Source: Penicillus capitatus
Taxonomy: Eukaryota > Plantae > Chlorophyta
Reading direction: 5' to 3'
NCBI GenBank assembly: GCA_965649825.1
Contig: OZ287709.1
Location: 62,001-126,000 of the forward strand
DNA: 64,000 nt
The number at the start of each line of letters is the position of its first letter. The first letter of the stretch is position 1. Position numbers and translations under genes: made by a program. Shown piece after piece: positions 49,533 through 61,846 of the stretch. The notes under the pieces were generated by a model. That model was not told the origin of the DNA, searched no databases, and saw only the letters and a list, made by a program, of their open reading frames with translations.

Positions 49533-51633
49533 CTAGAATCGCACAGGGCCAGCACGACGATGGGGCGTAAAATTGATGTTCATGTCTTGGAACTGGTGGA
49601 TCAGCTGCTGTGTTTGTTGATTCCTGGCGCCATTCATCATGGGAGTACAAAAAGACGAGGGATATCTATTGAGTGGCAACTGGCGTTGCTGCTGATGCTG
49701 CGGCGTCTGCTGCATAACAGGTTGGACTTGTCTCATCGATGATACCATTCCATGTCTTCTGACATGATCTTGTGCACGAAGAACACTGCTCAGGATTTCT
49801 GGATCGATTGGCATTCCTGTTTTCTGCATGTCTTTGAACAAGTCAAACATCATGTCATATTGCTCGCCCTTCTCAAGAGCTCGCATCAAGGCACGTCTCA
49901 TGTTGTCATCTGGCTGATGTCCCAACATCTGCACAGCCAAATGCACCTATAAACACAGAAAGCGATGAGCATGGTGGATTCCCGATGAGCAAAGGATAAC
50001 GGATGACCTGGAGGGCCTTGGAGTAAGCTCCATAGTCTGCGTAATGAGAAATGAGTTCTGCGTAGACGGTCATCGGTCCACAGAGACCTTGAGAATGCAT
50101 AACGTCGAGAATTTCCTCCACTCTGTCCCATCTCTCGCTCTTTTCGCATGCTGCTAATACAGAACTGTAGGTAATGTGATCTGGCTTCACCCCGCTCATC
50201 AACATTTCGTCATAAAGGTCCAGTGCTCTTTCAAACATGCCACCGCGTTGACAGGCTGTGATCAAGGCACTGTACGTCACTTCATTGGGAATGCACCCCT
50301 GATCAACTTGTGCATTCACTTTCATGGCTTCGAAGACTGCCAGTGCCTTTTCCCATTCTCCTGAACTGGAGCAGGCAGCAATGAGGGCTGAGTATGTGTA
50401 TGTGTTGGGCATGACGCCTCTCACATTCTTCATCGCCTCAAAAACCTCAACTGCCTTTTGCCAGTCTCTCAGTCGACCACACATATTGATCAATGCCGTA
50501 AAGGCCTGTTCTCTAGGACGGAAAGTACATGTCTCCAATGCACGACTAACTTCGCCTGTGCCTGTCTTGGCAAAGCATATGGCACGTTTGAGCGTCTCCA
50601 TGTCCCAAGGAGGACGCATCGCAGGTGCTGATGTTGCAGGAAGAGGACAGACACCAGAATCTTGTCTTTCTGAGTCAGACGGTGCTCTCATACAGGGTGG
50701 GTGGATTCTGGGGGATGGGATAACCGACGGAGGGGGCGACGAGATAGTCACCATGGCGTCACATTGCCTTCCCTTTTGACGGCTTCCTTTCATTTTCTTT
50801 GCACCCTCGGACGGATCCTGTCCTGCTGTCTGCATGGTCAAACACATAGACAGCGCTTTTGACCAATCACCCTGTTCAGCGTAGTATAACAACAGCTCAG
50901 AGTAGATGACAGCATTTCCAGTAAACCCTCTTGAATGCATCTCGGTCAAAAGCTTCTCAGCTCTGGGCCAATTCCTTGATTTTTCGCACGCTGACAAGAC
51001 TGAGCTGTACGTAATGTGATCACCAGGGACACCCTGGGTAACCATTTCGTCATAAATGGCCAAGGCCTTCTCAAATTGTCCTCCGCGTTCACAGGCAGTG
51101 ATGAGAGATGAGTATGTAACTTCGTTTGGTGCACAGTTTGGGTCTGTTTTGGCAGCTTCCTTCATTTGCTCAAAAAACTCCAACGCTTTCACCCACTCCC
51201 CTGCACTCGAGCAGGCAGCAATCAGTGCCGAGTAGGTGTACATATTCGACTTGACGCCTCGAACGTTTTGCATGGCGTCAAACACTTCGACGGCTTTCTG
51301 CCAGTCACGCAGCTGCCCACACATGTTAATCAACGTCGTGAATGCTTGTTCGCGGGGCTTGAACGTGCAGGTTTCGATGATGTGGCGCACGTCGCCAGTT
51401 CCAGTACGCGCTGAACAGATACTCCTCTTGAGCGTGTCCATGTCCCAAGCCGGCTTCGGCGAGAGACAGGGGGACACGCGTTCCGGTTCAGTCGCGTACA
51501 AGTCAAATGGCCCGTTCGGTGACTCCAAGTCTGGAGAAACATACTGAGGCGGCGGGGCGATCGAGAATTTAGACTGCGGCGCCTTGCGCGGCACGCCCTC
51601 GTGTTCCGACGGAATGAACGGCGCGGTTTCCAT
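49533..51633 (-). CDS. Pentatricopeptide-repeat protein built from two duplicated PPR modules
   Basis: 35-aa repeats (AFTTLINMCG, TYSALIAAC, NEVTYSSLITAC, DHITYSSVLSAC) occur twice; one intron near the 3' end; ATG at 51633 (METAPF...). Confidence 0.92.
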
Positions 51634-52874
51634 CCTCAATAAAATCACCAACAACAAACTTCTTAAACGCTCACTACGACAAACAAACAAAACGTTATGA
51701 TTAGCGGAACGACCTTGAACACATTAAACATCAACATCAGAGGACCGACCGACCCCCCCCCCCCCTCCATAGAGGCGAATAGGCAGGTATAGAGACGACG
51801 TGTTCGTGAATTTCATACCTGCTTCAACAACAAACACTGACAACAATACGAACGAACGTCCGTAGTGACTATGGCTTTCGCGCGGGGGATACGACAGCGG
51901 CGACAATGATGACGGTGAGGAGAACACTCTTCGGAAAATCAAGCACTCAGACGCAAAGCTTGTTTTTCTGTGGCACGGTTCTCTGTCTTTCTCGACGTTG
52001 TCGTCCGGACAGACCACACACACAATTCAAGGTACGGTGGACTGCTGTCGAAGCAAGTTCGAAAAAGACCGGTCGTGTTTCTGAAACGAGAGGCGTTTAT
52101 CTTATATTATGGAAGACCGAGGCGCTTCGCAATCAAACGAGGGGTTTAAAAACAAAAAAGGTCGTCGATTTGCAAACGCATGGCGTATTAGCGCACGTTC
52201 TATCTTGCCAGTCACATCATTCCAGACTCGCGATGATTTTCCACCACATCTGTCCCTCGAAGCCTCGAGGCGCGGGCGAAGGCGATCGGCAGCTTTACTA
52301 GACACAAGACACCTGTTTCAAGGCCGTCCAGGCACAGCTGCCGCCTCACTGCTCCCCGTTCGTCTGTAATGGTTAAGGTCGGTTAACTTGGCATGCATAA
52401 CCGGTCCTGTGCGGCGATTGGCAGTGAGGAACTGTGTTTGATTTTTCCATTTGTTTTCCCGACGCTTTCGAAGCCGCATGTCAAACCTCCATCGCCAACG
52501 GCCCGCGTCATCTTTGACGAATTCATGCGGTTAAGGAGTCTGAATTCTGCACGAAAATATCATCTTTGCCTAATGTCGCCATATGTGTCCTGCTGTTGAC
52601 AGGGAGAAGGGACGTGATGTCGACGTTTGCTCGAAGGCACCATGTTACCACAGTGGCGCTCCAGCCGTCACGTAACTGTACTTTCTCCTATTCCGAATTG
52701 GTGGTATTGTTGTTGCCTTCATCTCATCACGTATTGCTGTTTCATTTGTTGTTCGTGTTGGTTGTCGTCGTCTGTCTTTGGACAACGACCCGTTTCGTTT
52801 CGTCTCTCTCTCACAAATCTTCTGGAACAGGAGCTGAAGCTCATTCCTTTCTCGAAGGTCTATTTTCAAGAGCA

Positions 52875-53321
52875 ATGGTGGAAAAGTTCTCAGTACGTCA
52901 TGGCAGCTCACGAATTCCGTTGGTTCCTTCCTCGCGGACAGCGCACATTCATTCGTCCATGACTGAGCAATTCCACAAAGCGACGATGATTCCACGTCCA
53001 GAGAAAAGAACGAAGGCTGCACCTTCTCCTGAGCGGCCGAGCTTTCCTCTGGATGATTTACCGCCTGGTATTGTGTTGGGCATTCTTCGTGAATTGGCCA
53101 AAACCAATGTGAAGGATCCAGTCCGTGCTGGTGCTGTTTCGAAGAACTGTCATGAAGCGTTCTGTGCACTTGTGGCGTCTGATGCTCGTTTTCGAGAGAC
53201 ATTGAATATCTTTCGTGGTGATTACGATCATTTTGGATCCTCCTCGGCAAAACACAAGTCGAAATCAAGGCATCGATACAAATTGAGGAGGCTCGGGACA
53301 CTTCAACTGCATCACTGGTAG
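52875..53321 (+). CDS. Small F-box-like protein; boundaries uncertain
   Basis: FPLDDLPPGIVLGILREL...RAGAVSKNCHEA fits the F-box pattern LxxLPxxIxxxIL...VxKxW; start and 3' end are ambiguous. Confidence 0.45.
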   Translation: MVEKFSVRHGSSRIPLVPSSRTAHIHSSMTEQFHKATMIPRPEKRTKAAPSPERPSFPLDDLPPGIVLGILRELAKTNVKDPVRAGAVSKNCHEAFCALVASDARFRETLNIFRGDYDHFGSSSAKHKSKSRHRYKLRRLGTLQLHHW

Positions 53322-54533
53322 CAAAACCCTACTCGTGTGTTCAGGGATGGTTTACGTGGGTCGTCAGAATAATCTTGGGTATATTCAACGTGTTGTTCAG
53401 GGATAAGGTCTGAGAAAATCAAGCATCGCAATAAGAGTCATCTTAGTGAAAGCGCTACTTGTACTGAGAGTTGAGCTGCGTGACGATCACCAAGCAGATC
53501 ATGATAGAGGTCGCGCTCGAGCTCCTTCATTACAAGTGCTTCCTCTCCATAGCCTCTACGCCTCCGCTTCCTCCTTTTTTCAATGCCTTACCGTGTTGTC
53601 GACTGAAGACCGTTCAATACTCCCCTTACGTTTTTCTCATGGTCTTTTAACATTTGTCGTTCGTTTGCTTCTTAGTCGTTCTTTGAGGTGAGAACCACTG
53701 AACGCATTTACTGGTATTTACATGGTATACATGTGACACAATGCAAAACAACAACTGAATTACTATGACGCATCCCATGCCTGGGACGCTGGGAGATGAA
53801 AAGGATTCCTTCCGTAAGGGAAATGAACAGGATATCGCAACACATATATCCTGCGGTTCTCGATCATTGCATGCATGGGTCATAATCGCTGTCGCCGTCA
53901 TCCACCATCAATGCTGGCCGTGCTTGATACCAGTCCACATTAATCTCTTTTTTAGCAAATAATATTGGGGAACGAGATGTGTGGTCAAAGTGATAAGGGT
54001 GTGGCGTCTTCTTTCTTTAATCCCTCCCGTCACTCAATGTCTTTAGATCGAGAAGTGCTGGAGAGTTGTTTTGAACAAGATCTGTTCGTTCGATCTGTTC
54101 CTTTGTTTGTCTGTGCTTAACAATTGATGTTCTTTGCTTCAGGACAAAACGAGAATGTCATTTCATGTGAAATTCGACAAAAAAGTTTTGCGAGAAAGTT
54201 CTTAGAGGGAAAAACGAGACATGGCACTCAATCATTGTATGTCATCAAGCCATGTTTATCTCAATTTTGGGCGCGGTTCACTGCGTACGTAAGGCTGCAG
54301 AATAAACCCGGGAGCATCTGCACGTACGCATTAGAAACATCGACGGACGCAAGGACTGTTTAATGTCTCGTGTGAGTTAATGGAACAAGCCGTAGGGCGT
54401 TTTCAAGACTACAAGGCAACGTACAGATAACTGCTGTCATGTCGGAGAGCCGTTGGATGGATGCATCATCCGCATCCACAGCAGAAACACCACAATAAAG
54501 AGTGTGTATATAATAGGACGAGTGCTTTCTGCT

Positions 54534-55204
54534 TCAGGATTGTACGCTTTGTTGTAGTTGCCGTTCTTTCCTCTCACGATGTTGACGCAAAGCACGTTGC
54601 AGTACACGCTCTTCCTCTTCCTGAGCAATCCTGGAAGTTGATTTGACAGTCTTCATATTCCTACACCCATCACCTGTCACATCACGCCCACCATACACCA
54701 TACACACTCTTTTGCCTGACGGATCTCTTCTTGGTAATACTCCTCTGCCTTTTCAAAGGCATCCTCACGCGAATGCCCTTCCTTCATGAATTGTAACTGA
54801 CGCCAAGCAAACCGTCGCACCAAAGGCGGTGTGAAACTGTTCAGATCAATCGGCTCTTTCTTGATCTGAGGCAGAGAACAGAACATAAAACCGGTATCAT
54901 GTGATCTGGATGTTGCCACACACGTCGGGATACTTGTCATAGATTTCCTGAATGTATTCATCTTCGGGATAGGTCTGCGGCTCAGAAGGCATGGCGCGAT
55001 GACGCGTGATTTCTGGTAAACTAAAAGACACCCACGATGTCCTTAACTGCATGCTGAATGGTCTTCTCTTTGAGATAGGGGCAACAGAGGCGTCCTGCGG
55101 TACGCGTACCTCTTGACAAAGTTGTAGAGGGGAGGCGGGTTCATATAACCGTTCTCTTTGAGACGTCGCATGCCACGCATCCATCGGAACAGTTGGCTGG
55201 ACAT
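54534..55204 (-). CDS. Mitochondrial ribosomal small-subunit protein mS23-like
   Basis: Spliced MSSQLFRWMRG...YPEDEYIQEIYDKYPD-LKKEPIDLNSFTPPLVRRFAWRQLQFMKEGHSREDAF...QEEEERVL resembles plant/fungal mS23 (RSM25), from recall. Confidence 0.65.
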
Positions 55205-55224
55205 TGTCAGAGGATCTGTTCGCT

Positions 55225-55229
55225 TTACA
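55225..55229 (-). terminator. TGTAA (UGUAA) green-algal polyadenylation signal downstream of TAF2
   Basis: TGTAA lies about 38 nt after the TAF2 stop; the same pentamer follows the sirtuin, DnaJ-like and SpoU genes. Confidence 0.5.
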
Positions 55230-55266
55230 GTGAGTGATGTCACGTCATCCAAAAGATCGTCGACGG

Positions 55267-58200
55267 TCACCACGTTTTGATTTTTACTCGAAACTTCTTG
55301 CAGGCAGCTCCTTCTCCTGTTGCAGGCGTCCCGGCAACTTGTTGAGATGCATCTGTGGCAGAGAACAGCTGATAGGAATGTCAGGCAGAGGATGGATGGT
55401 CGGTTCACTTTCGATGTCTGCCTTCAGAATCCAATCATCTGTTTCACGATAGAGAGCGAGTTTTTCGTCAGAAATGGTCAGCAGCATTAAAAGACAGTAG
55501 TAACGGAAGTAGCCTTCGCGTGTGACGTCAAGCATGGCATCGTACAGCAGAGATACCGTTCTCCATTGAATGCCATCTTTCCCACGCGCCTGAGATCACC
55601 ACCCACCTGACAGAGAGGACAGGATCTAATGGATCACACTTTTGCGCCGAGCAGTTGGATCAAAGAGATCATCTTGTGGAAGAGCGTCTCGCGGACGAGA
55701 ACAGATGTGTCTTCCATCAGCCAACTGAGGGTGTTGAAAACGGCATCGTCTGGACCATAGATGGATGCACAGACCTAGAAAGAAGAGTACGATCGTGTGT
55801 GCTCTCCTCCTACAAGAGATGAGAGGACTTGCGTCACGGCCTGTCCAGCAATGGCACGGGTTTTTGGCTCGTAGTCTGTGGAGTCGACGTACTTTGCCAG
55901 AACAGGCATCGTCTTTATTCTGAAGGCAATGGACTGGCGCAAAACGGCGGCCCCCATGGCTGCAAGGCAAGCTTGGGTGACAACCTGGCCACGAGATGGA
56001 AAGAGCTGCACGCACAAGAGGTCTTTCCTAAGGACCACCCAGGACACAGGCTTACACGATCTCGGTCCAAATAGCGTTCAATGATTCCAAAGATGGCCTT
56101 CCATTCTTCCTCGTCTTTAGCAATGGCCTAGACGGAAGCATTGCTGAGTGACAGAGCCTGTGAGATGTTGTCACTTTTTCGAGTCCGCTTAACCAGGCAG
56201 CGATCCACTCTGCATCGTCAAAGTCGTTTCCTTCATTGTTGTTATACTCCAAGACTTGCAAGATGAGCTCGATCGATTCCTTTGGCGTGTAACCGTCGGC
56301 ATCTCGCATGCTTCCCAATGCCAAAGGAATTGTCTGATCCAGCAGAAGCTCAGAAAAATCGAGAAAGTCGTTGGATTTGGGCAATGATGTTGTCGCATCG
56401 AAGCCTCTCGAACGATAGTACTCCGTCAGAAAACTCAAACCTGTCCTCTCACACTTGACCGCTGTCATGCAGCTTTGTGCAAATGAACGCACCGTCGTAT
56501 GCGTTCTCCTGTCCGGTAATCTGTGCCAAAGCCAGAATCGCTTCCATACGGACACGGCAGTAGGCTGATGTTTTGATGAAGGCTTCGAGCGTTTTGCAGA
56601 TACTCAGTGCTTTCGAATCCAATGACAGCAGACCTGTCACATCAAGATTCCTCACGGCAAGAGTGCGCGCCACAAGTGTTTACACCGTGAATGGCTTCCG
56701 ACTCTGCCACGACGTCTTTGGACTCTTCCAACATAGTACTCCACATCTCTTCCGTCTGCTGTGTGCGTATCGTTCCAAGCAATGCGTGATCTGGATTGAT
56801 CCGGACCCACTTGACTGGATTCTGCCATAGACAGAACACATTCGCTCCACCATTGCGTTCAATGACATCCTCTCACTTGGCCTTCTGTAATACTAACCGT
56901 CGATTCCATCCGGCGGCGCTTTCTGGGCCGACCATGGAGTTTAAAACGCACGTCTCTCTTGTCATTCGCTTCCAACTGCACTGTGTAATTGGCAATGGCT
57001 GAGGATTCTGCAACGGATACCTACAATGGCATCGACATCCAATTTCTCCATGTGGTCGTCAACGGAGTCCTGCCTTGACAAGTCCAATGCTCCCGTCCTT
57101 CGACATCTTGACTGCTCTTTTCGTCGCTTCCAGACAAGGACTGGATCCTTCTTGTATCATGGACAGGAGAAGCGAGAAGCTCTTAGGATCGAATCCGACT
57201 GTAGTTGTGATGACAGGCGATCCCCGACCGTACACCCATCTCTCCGCAAATGCCTGAATCTCTTTCTTGATTCCTCCCGCCTGACCGACTTCTTTGAGAA
57301 AAGAACGGGTGGCAATGAGGCGTTTGGTCGAAGGATTTCCAGCTCTGATGGCATCCGCCGCACATCCAACGAGACGTTCGATGACACGCTTGAATGCCTC
57401 GTAGCTGACACGCTCCTCGATCATACATACCACGGCTGCCGATTTCCATCTGAAGAAATCGTGACCATAGTACCACTAAATCCAGGACCACACATATTCA
57501 GACGGAGAGGGAGATGCAGCGGGAGGGAGACCTCGAGTCCTCTCAAATCGGAAATGCCTTTCTTTGGACAGAGCGGAGGCAGCGATCCATCGTCTGCTAC
57601 GGAGAGCAGTTTGTGTTCTTGCGATCGGCGAAAATGCAATTCATTGATGCCCAACAGCTGCACAGCGATCCGACGCTCGATCCATCCCGCCAGTCCTTCG
57701 GATAGCCAATGATCCGGTAGTGTCTTCGGCAGAACCACAGAGCCAAACCACATCCGTGCCAATCCCAGAACAATCTGTAATCGATGGTGAAGACCTAGAG
57801 GTGGATGTACAGCTTCGTTATCTATGGATTGCTCATGTACCGTGGTCGATGGCACGTCGATTGGGAAGAAGAACAGAGGGAGGCAGTGTCATGCAATCAT
57901 GCCGTCCGGCAACCGTAGGATACAGATCCGACAGGAACAGGATTTTTAGACTCTTATAAGGGAATGCCGTCTGCAGGATTTCTTCCATCGATCGAAAAAC
58001 GAGCGGAAAAAACTGCATCGTGTATTCCATGCTCGCCTCCGATCCTTTTGGACCAAAACACGTGGCAAAAAGCCTGTTGGCATCCGAAGATGGATCCTGA
58101 AGCTGACAAGAGTGCACAGCAAACGGACCAATACAGATAAACAGCTGCGATAGGCACATAAGCGAGGACACCTAATACAGCATCACATATCCATCCATAT

Positions 58201-58938
58201 GAACAGAGAAGGGCGGGCGTCACTGTGTAGTGATAGATTTTCTGTGTTCGGTCTTCGTTGATGGCAGCTTTGATGAGCCTGCCGCTGCAGATCGCCATCT
58301 CGGACGGATGCACAGCGATCTCAAACTCAAACGCCGTGTACTTTGCGTTGGAGAGATTGCAGGGCATCCAGCAACTCACGCTGTCAAAGCAGTCCGTCGT
58401 GGTAAATCCACCATCCTCCACGAATCGGAATCCGACGGGATTCTCCACAGAGTATGCGATCTGCACAAACATACACAATAGTGCTTTCCCCTCCTTTGCA
58501 AATCTACCTTGATCGTGAGCTCCTTGGGAGATGTGGCACCAATCACCATCGGCAGTTTAATGCAGAGATTGGTATTGATGGTGCATCCTCTGATGTGTTT
58601 GTATTGCAGAAAGGCGCGTTTGGCCAGATCTGCACTGACGTCTTTCACCTTATGGGTCTTCCATTCTTCCGGAAACGACAGGAGACTCGGTTCTCGATAC
58701 CCCCACGCCAAAGCGGTTTCATTCAGTGTCACCGAAGAGATTTTGAGATTCTGTGCGTGGAGATTGACGTTGCTCTGTCCTTCTGTCACCGTCACGGTCA
58801 CCTCCACATAACTAGGAAAGACAGAGGTCGGCACGTCTGCCTTCTCTCTCGCCGGTAGACTCACCCGGAGATCGCGGCCGATGCTGTGTCAATGGTCAGA
58901 CAGGATCGTTGCCGCACCACTGTCGTGGCGATATCCAT
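55267..58938 (-). CDS. TAF2: TFIID subunit TAF2 (M1-aminopeptidase-like fold)
   Basis: VRQRSCLTID...GYVEV, LHAQNLKISSV, VSCWMPC, LARMWFG...DHWLSEGLAGWI, FAERWVYGRGSP, DVVAESEAI and VRMEAILAL; the final exon ends KKFRVKIKTW*. Confidence 0.92.
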
Positions 58939-58986
58939 CGCCCACTGGCTCAAAGGCACGACGACTGTACGACACGTCTCTGTCGA

Positions 58987-60644
58987 ATGGCGTCGAATCG
59001 AGAAGACGAAGGAGAGGACGTGTCACGCGCCACGGGTGACGCCTATCGCTACACGCACCCCTCGGGTGCAAGGCCTCCACCCCTCATGGATGACGCATCG
59101 ATGGCGGCGTGTGCCCCGCCGAAACGCCCGCGTCCTCTACGACCGGAGTACGAATTCTATCCTCCCCATCCACCTTACCAGCGCATGCCACCCGGAGCGG
59201 CCCCCATGAATGACTACTGGAACCCACGCCCAGCCATGGTTCCCTCCTATGCACTGGACCCATCCATGATACCGGCACCGCCAACACACTACAGTCATCA
59301 TTATCCCTCAGCGCATTCTGCCGCTGCCTATGAATATGGATACGATACCTACAGCTGTCCTCCCTATCCTGCTGCCGACTACAGCGATCCTTATCAGATG
59401 GGTAAGCAATGTACGGTCGATAGAGTGTGATCTGGATCATGGAGTGCAGCTCCGTGGAGGCGAAGACCACGAGGCGGAGGATTTGTGGGTGGCGGCCGCG
59501 GAGGGAGAGGCGAGAAATCTTCAAGTCATAACTATCCCGGCGGCAAAGCACGAGCCAACAGGAATGATTACAATCAGCATTTTGTCGACACTGGACAGCG
59601 CCCACAGAATTTCTTGAGGGACTCGCAGCTGGATGATCAGTACGAGGACTATCCCAGCGCAAAACGCCTAGTGGCTCTCAAGGTGCATCTCACTCTTTCC
59701 ACGCGCCCTTTGTGAATATCCCATCCAGAATGCCGTGATCAATGCGCACGCGACGCCACCATACTACCTGAAGGCAGATCTGAGGACATTGGATCTGAAC
59801 CTGATGTCGTTTGGCACCAAATTCGATGTGGCACTCATCGATCCGCCCTGGGAAGAATACGTCCGTCGTGCCCCGGGCGTCGGCGATGGGATCTACTGGA
59901 CGTGGCAGGAGATCCGCGATTTGAGAGTGGAAGACATCATGGACTCCCCTTCCTTCGTCTTCCTCTGGTAAACAGACCGCGTCGTTCTGTGCATCGTCGT
60001 TGCAAAGATGTTCGTCGACAGGTGTGGCAGCGAAGAGGGATTGGAGGCCGGACGTCATTGTCTGCACAAATGGGGATACCGTCGTTGCGAAGACATTGTC
60101 TGGATCAAGACCAACAAGAACCCCAACCAGAAGTCCCTTAGTGCGACCAATCAAGAAGCACGTTCCGTTTTGCAGCACACCAAAGAGCACTGCCTCATGG
60201 GAATCCGCGGAACGGTCCGTCGAGCCACAGATGGACATGTCATTCATGCCAATATCGACACCGATATCATCGTCAGTGAAGAACCGCCGCTCGGCAGTAC
60301 GGAGAAGCCGGATCAGCTCTATCAGATCATTGAACGATTCTGTCTCGGCAGAAGGTAACCGTTAACAAACGCATGCATCGGCAGCCCTCTGTTCGATCGG
60401 CTTCTCGTCTAGGCGTGTCGAGCTCTTTGGCGAGGATCATAATATTCGTCCTGGGTGGGTCACTGTCGGGCAGAACCTTCAGGCGTCCAACTTTAAACCC
60501 TCCGTCTATGCAACGCATTTCATGAATCTGGATGCGACGCCTTTTCTGATGAATCCAGGTCGCCCTCAGCCTGGACAGCCAAATCTTCTTCCCAGTTCCG
60601 AAGAGATCGAGTTTCTTCGGCCCAAATCGCCAACGCAGCCCTGA
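58987..60644 (+). CDS. MTB: m6A mRNA methyltransferase subunit MTB (METTL14 orthologue, MT-A70 family)
   Basis: [79 protein letters not shown] and [17 protein letters not shown]. Confidence 0.95.
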
Positions 60645-60745
60645 CGTACCCATATTTCGCACCCAGTAAACGTGACCTGTCCTCTCTGTCAAGTCATGTC
60701 GTGTCGATTCTGGTTCTTGCGGTATTGTCTGACGCTGGCGAGAAG

Positions 60746-61615
60746 ATGGATATCGATGGCGTGAACGTGGCGGAACCGCCCCCTTGTTTCCTCATCGTGT
60801 ACAACGTCAGCAAGAAGCACAATGTTGGGACGCTCGCGCGAAGCGCCGCCGCTTTCGGCGTCAAAGAGGTTGGTATCCAACCCCTCCGTCGCGGACAAGG
60901 CAGCTGTCTTTGCTGCAGCTCTGCCTCGTAGGTTCAAACAAGTATCATACCTTCGGAAGTCACGGCTCGACGGATTTCCTCACTTTCAAGCACTTCAGCA
61001 CGCTCACTGACTGCTGTACCTACTTAACCTATCAGCATCGTATCCATCCATCTTCATTCCCCATCGACGTCTGTCTTCACGGATGCTGTCTGTGTGCGCA
61101 TAGACTGCGAGATCGTAGGCATCGAGATCGACGATACCGCGGAACCGGTCGACGCAGAGGCTTTTCATGGACCCACTGCTTTTCTCGTTGGCAACGAGGT
61201 AGCGTCCACATTCAAGTGTGAGAAAGAGTGGTGCTCAGTAGCGGGGCGTTTGTTTGTTCAGGGGACAGGTCTGAATGCCACTCAGAGAGAAGTGTGCGAT
61301 CGTCTTATGTATATTCCTCAGTTCGGAGCGGGTACGGCATCCCTAAACGTGGCCGTCGCCTCCAGCATCGTCCTACATCGCTTTGCGTCATGGGCAAAGT
61401 ATCGAGAGCGTTCGAGAGAAGGAGGCAAATTCGATGTCGGTATCCGACCCATGCGGAGAACAGCACGAGGTGTCATTCCACTGACTCCTGACATCGGTCG
61501 GCATCACCACAACAGTGCCCCCCGTCACTCTCATTGTGCCAGTCCTGATGGCTACCAAAGCGATTGCAGTAATAGTGATAGTGCCAGTGGTTATCTGAGT
61601 GGTATCATTCCATAG
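60746..61615 (+). CDS. SpoU/TrmH-family tRNA/rRNA 2'-O-methyltransferase
   Basis: NVSKKHNVGTLARSAAAFGV, FLVGNE-GTGL and IPQFGAGTASLNVAVASSIVLH. Confidence 0.92.
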
Positions 61616-61846
61616 AAACGCAGATTGTCATTCATTGTCGTGTGTTTGTTCGTACGTGCGTGCGTTCGTGCGATTGTTTGTTTGTTTGTTCTCTTTATCT
61701 GTCTGTCTATGTTGTAAGTATGCGTATGCACGTCACATCGTGCTGTCTCTTGAAAGCTGACCGCTCGGCATTCGTTTCGTCGGGTTTGCTTATTCGTTGT
61801 TTTTTGAGCTTCTCGAATTTTTGTCTGTTCCGTTTCTTGACGCGCG

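Noticed and set aside
53430-53600. Minus-strand peptide IEKRRKRRRRGYGEEALVMKELERDLYHDLLG with an NLS-like run
   Set aside because: Bounded by stops, with no supported start or splice partner.
59800-59860. DPPW catalytic motif retained in a METTL14-type protein
   Set aside because: Plant-lineage MTB proteins are known to keep DPPW, so this is not novel.
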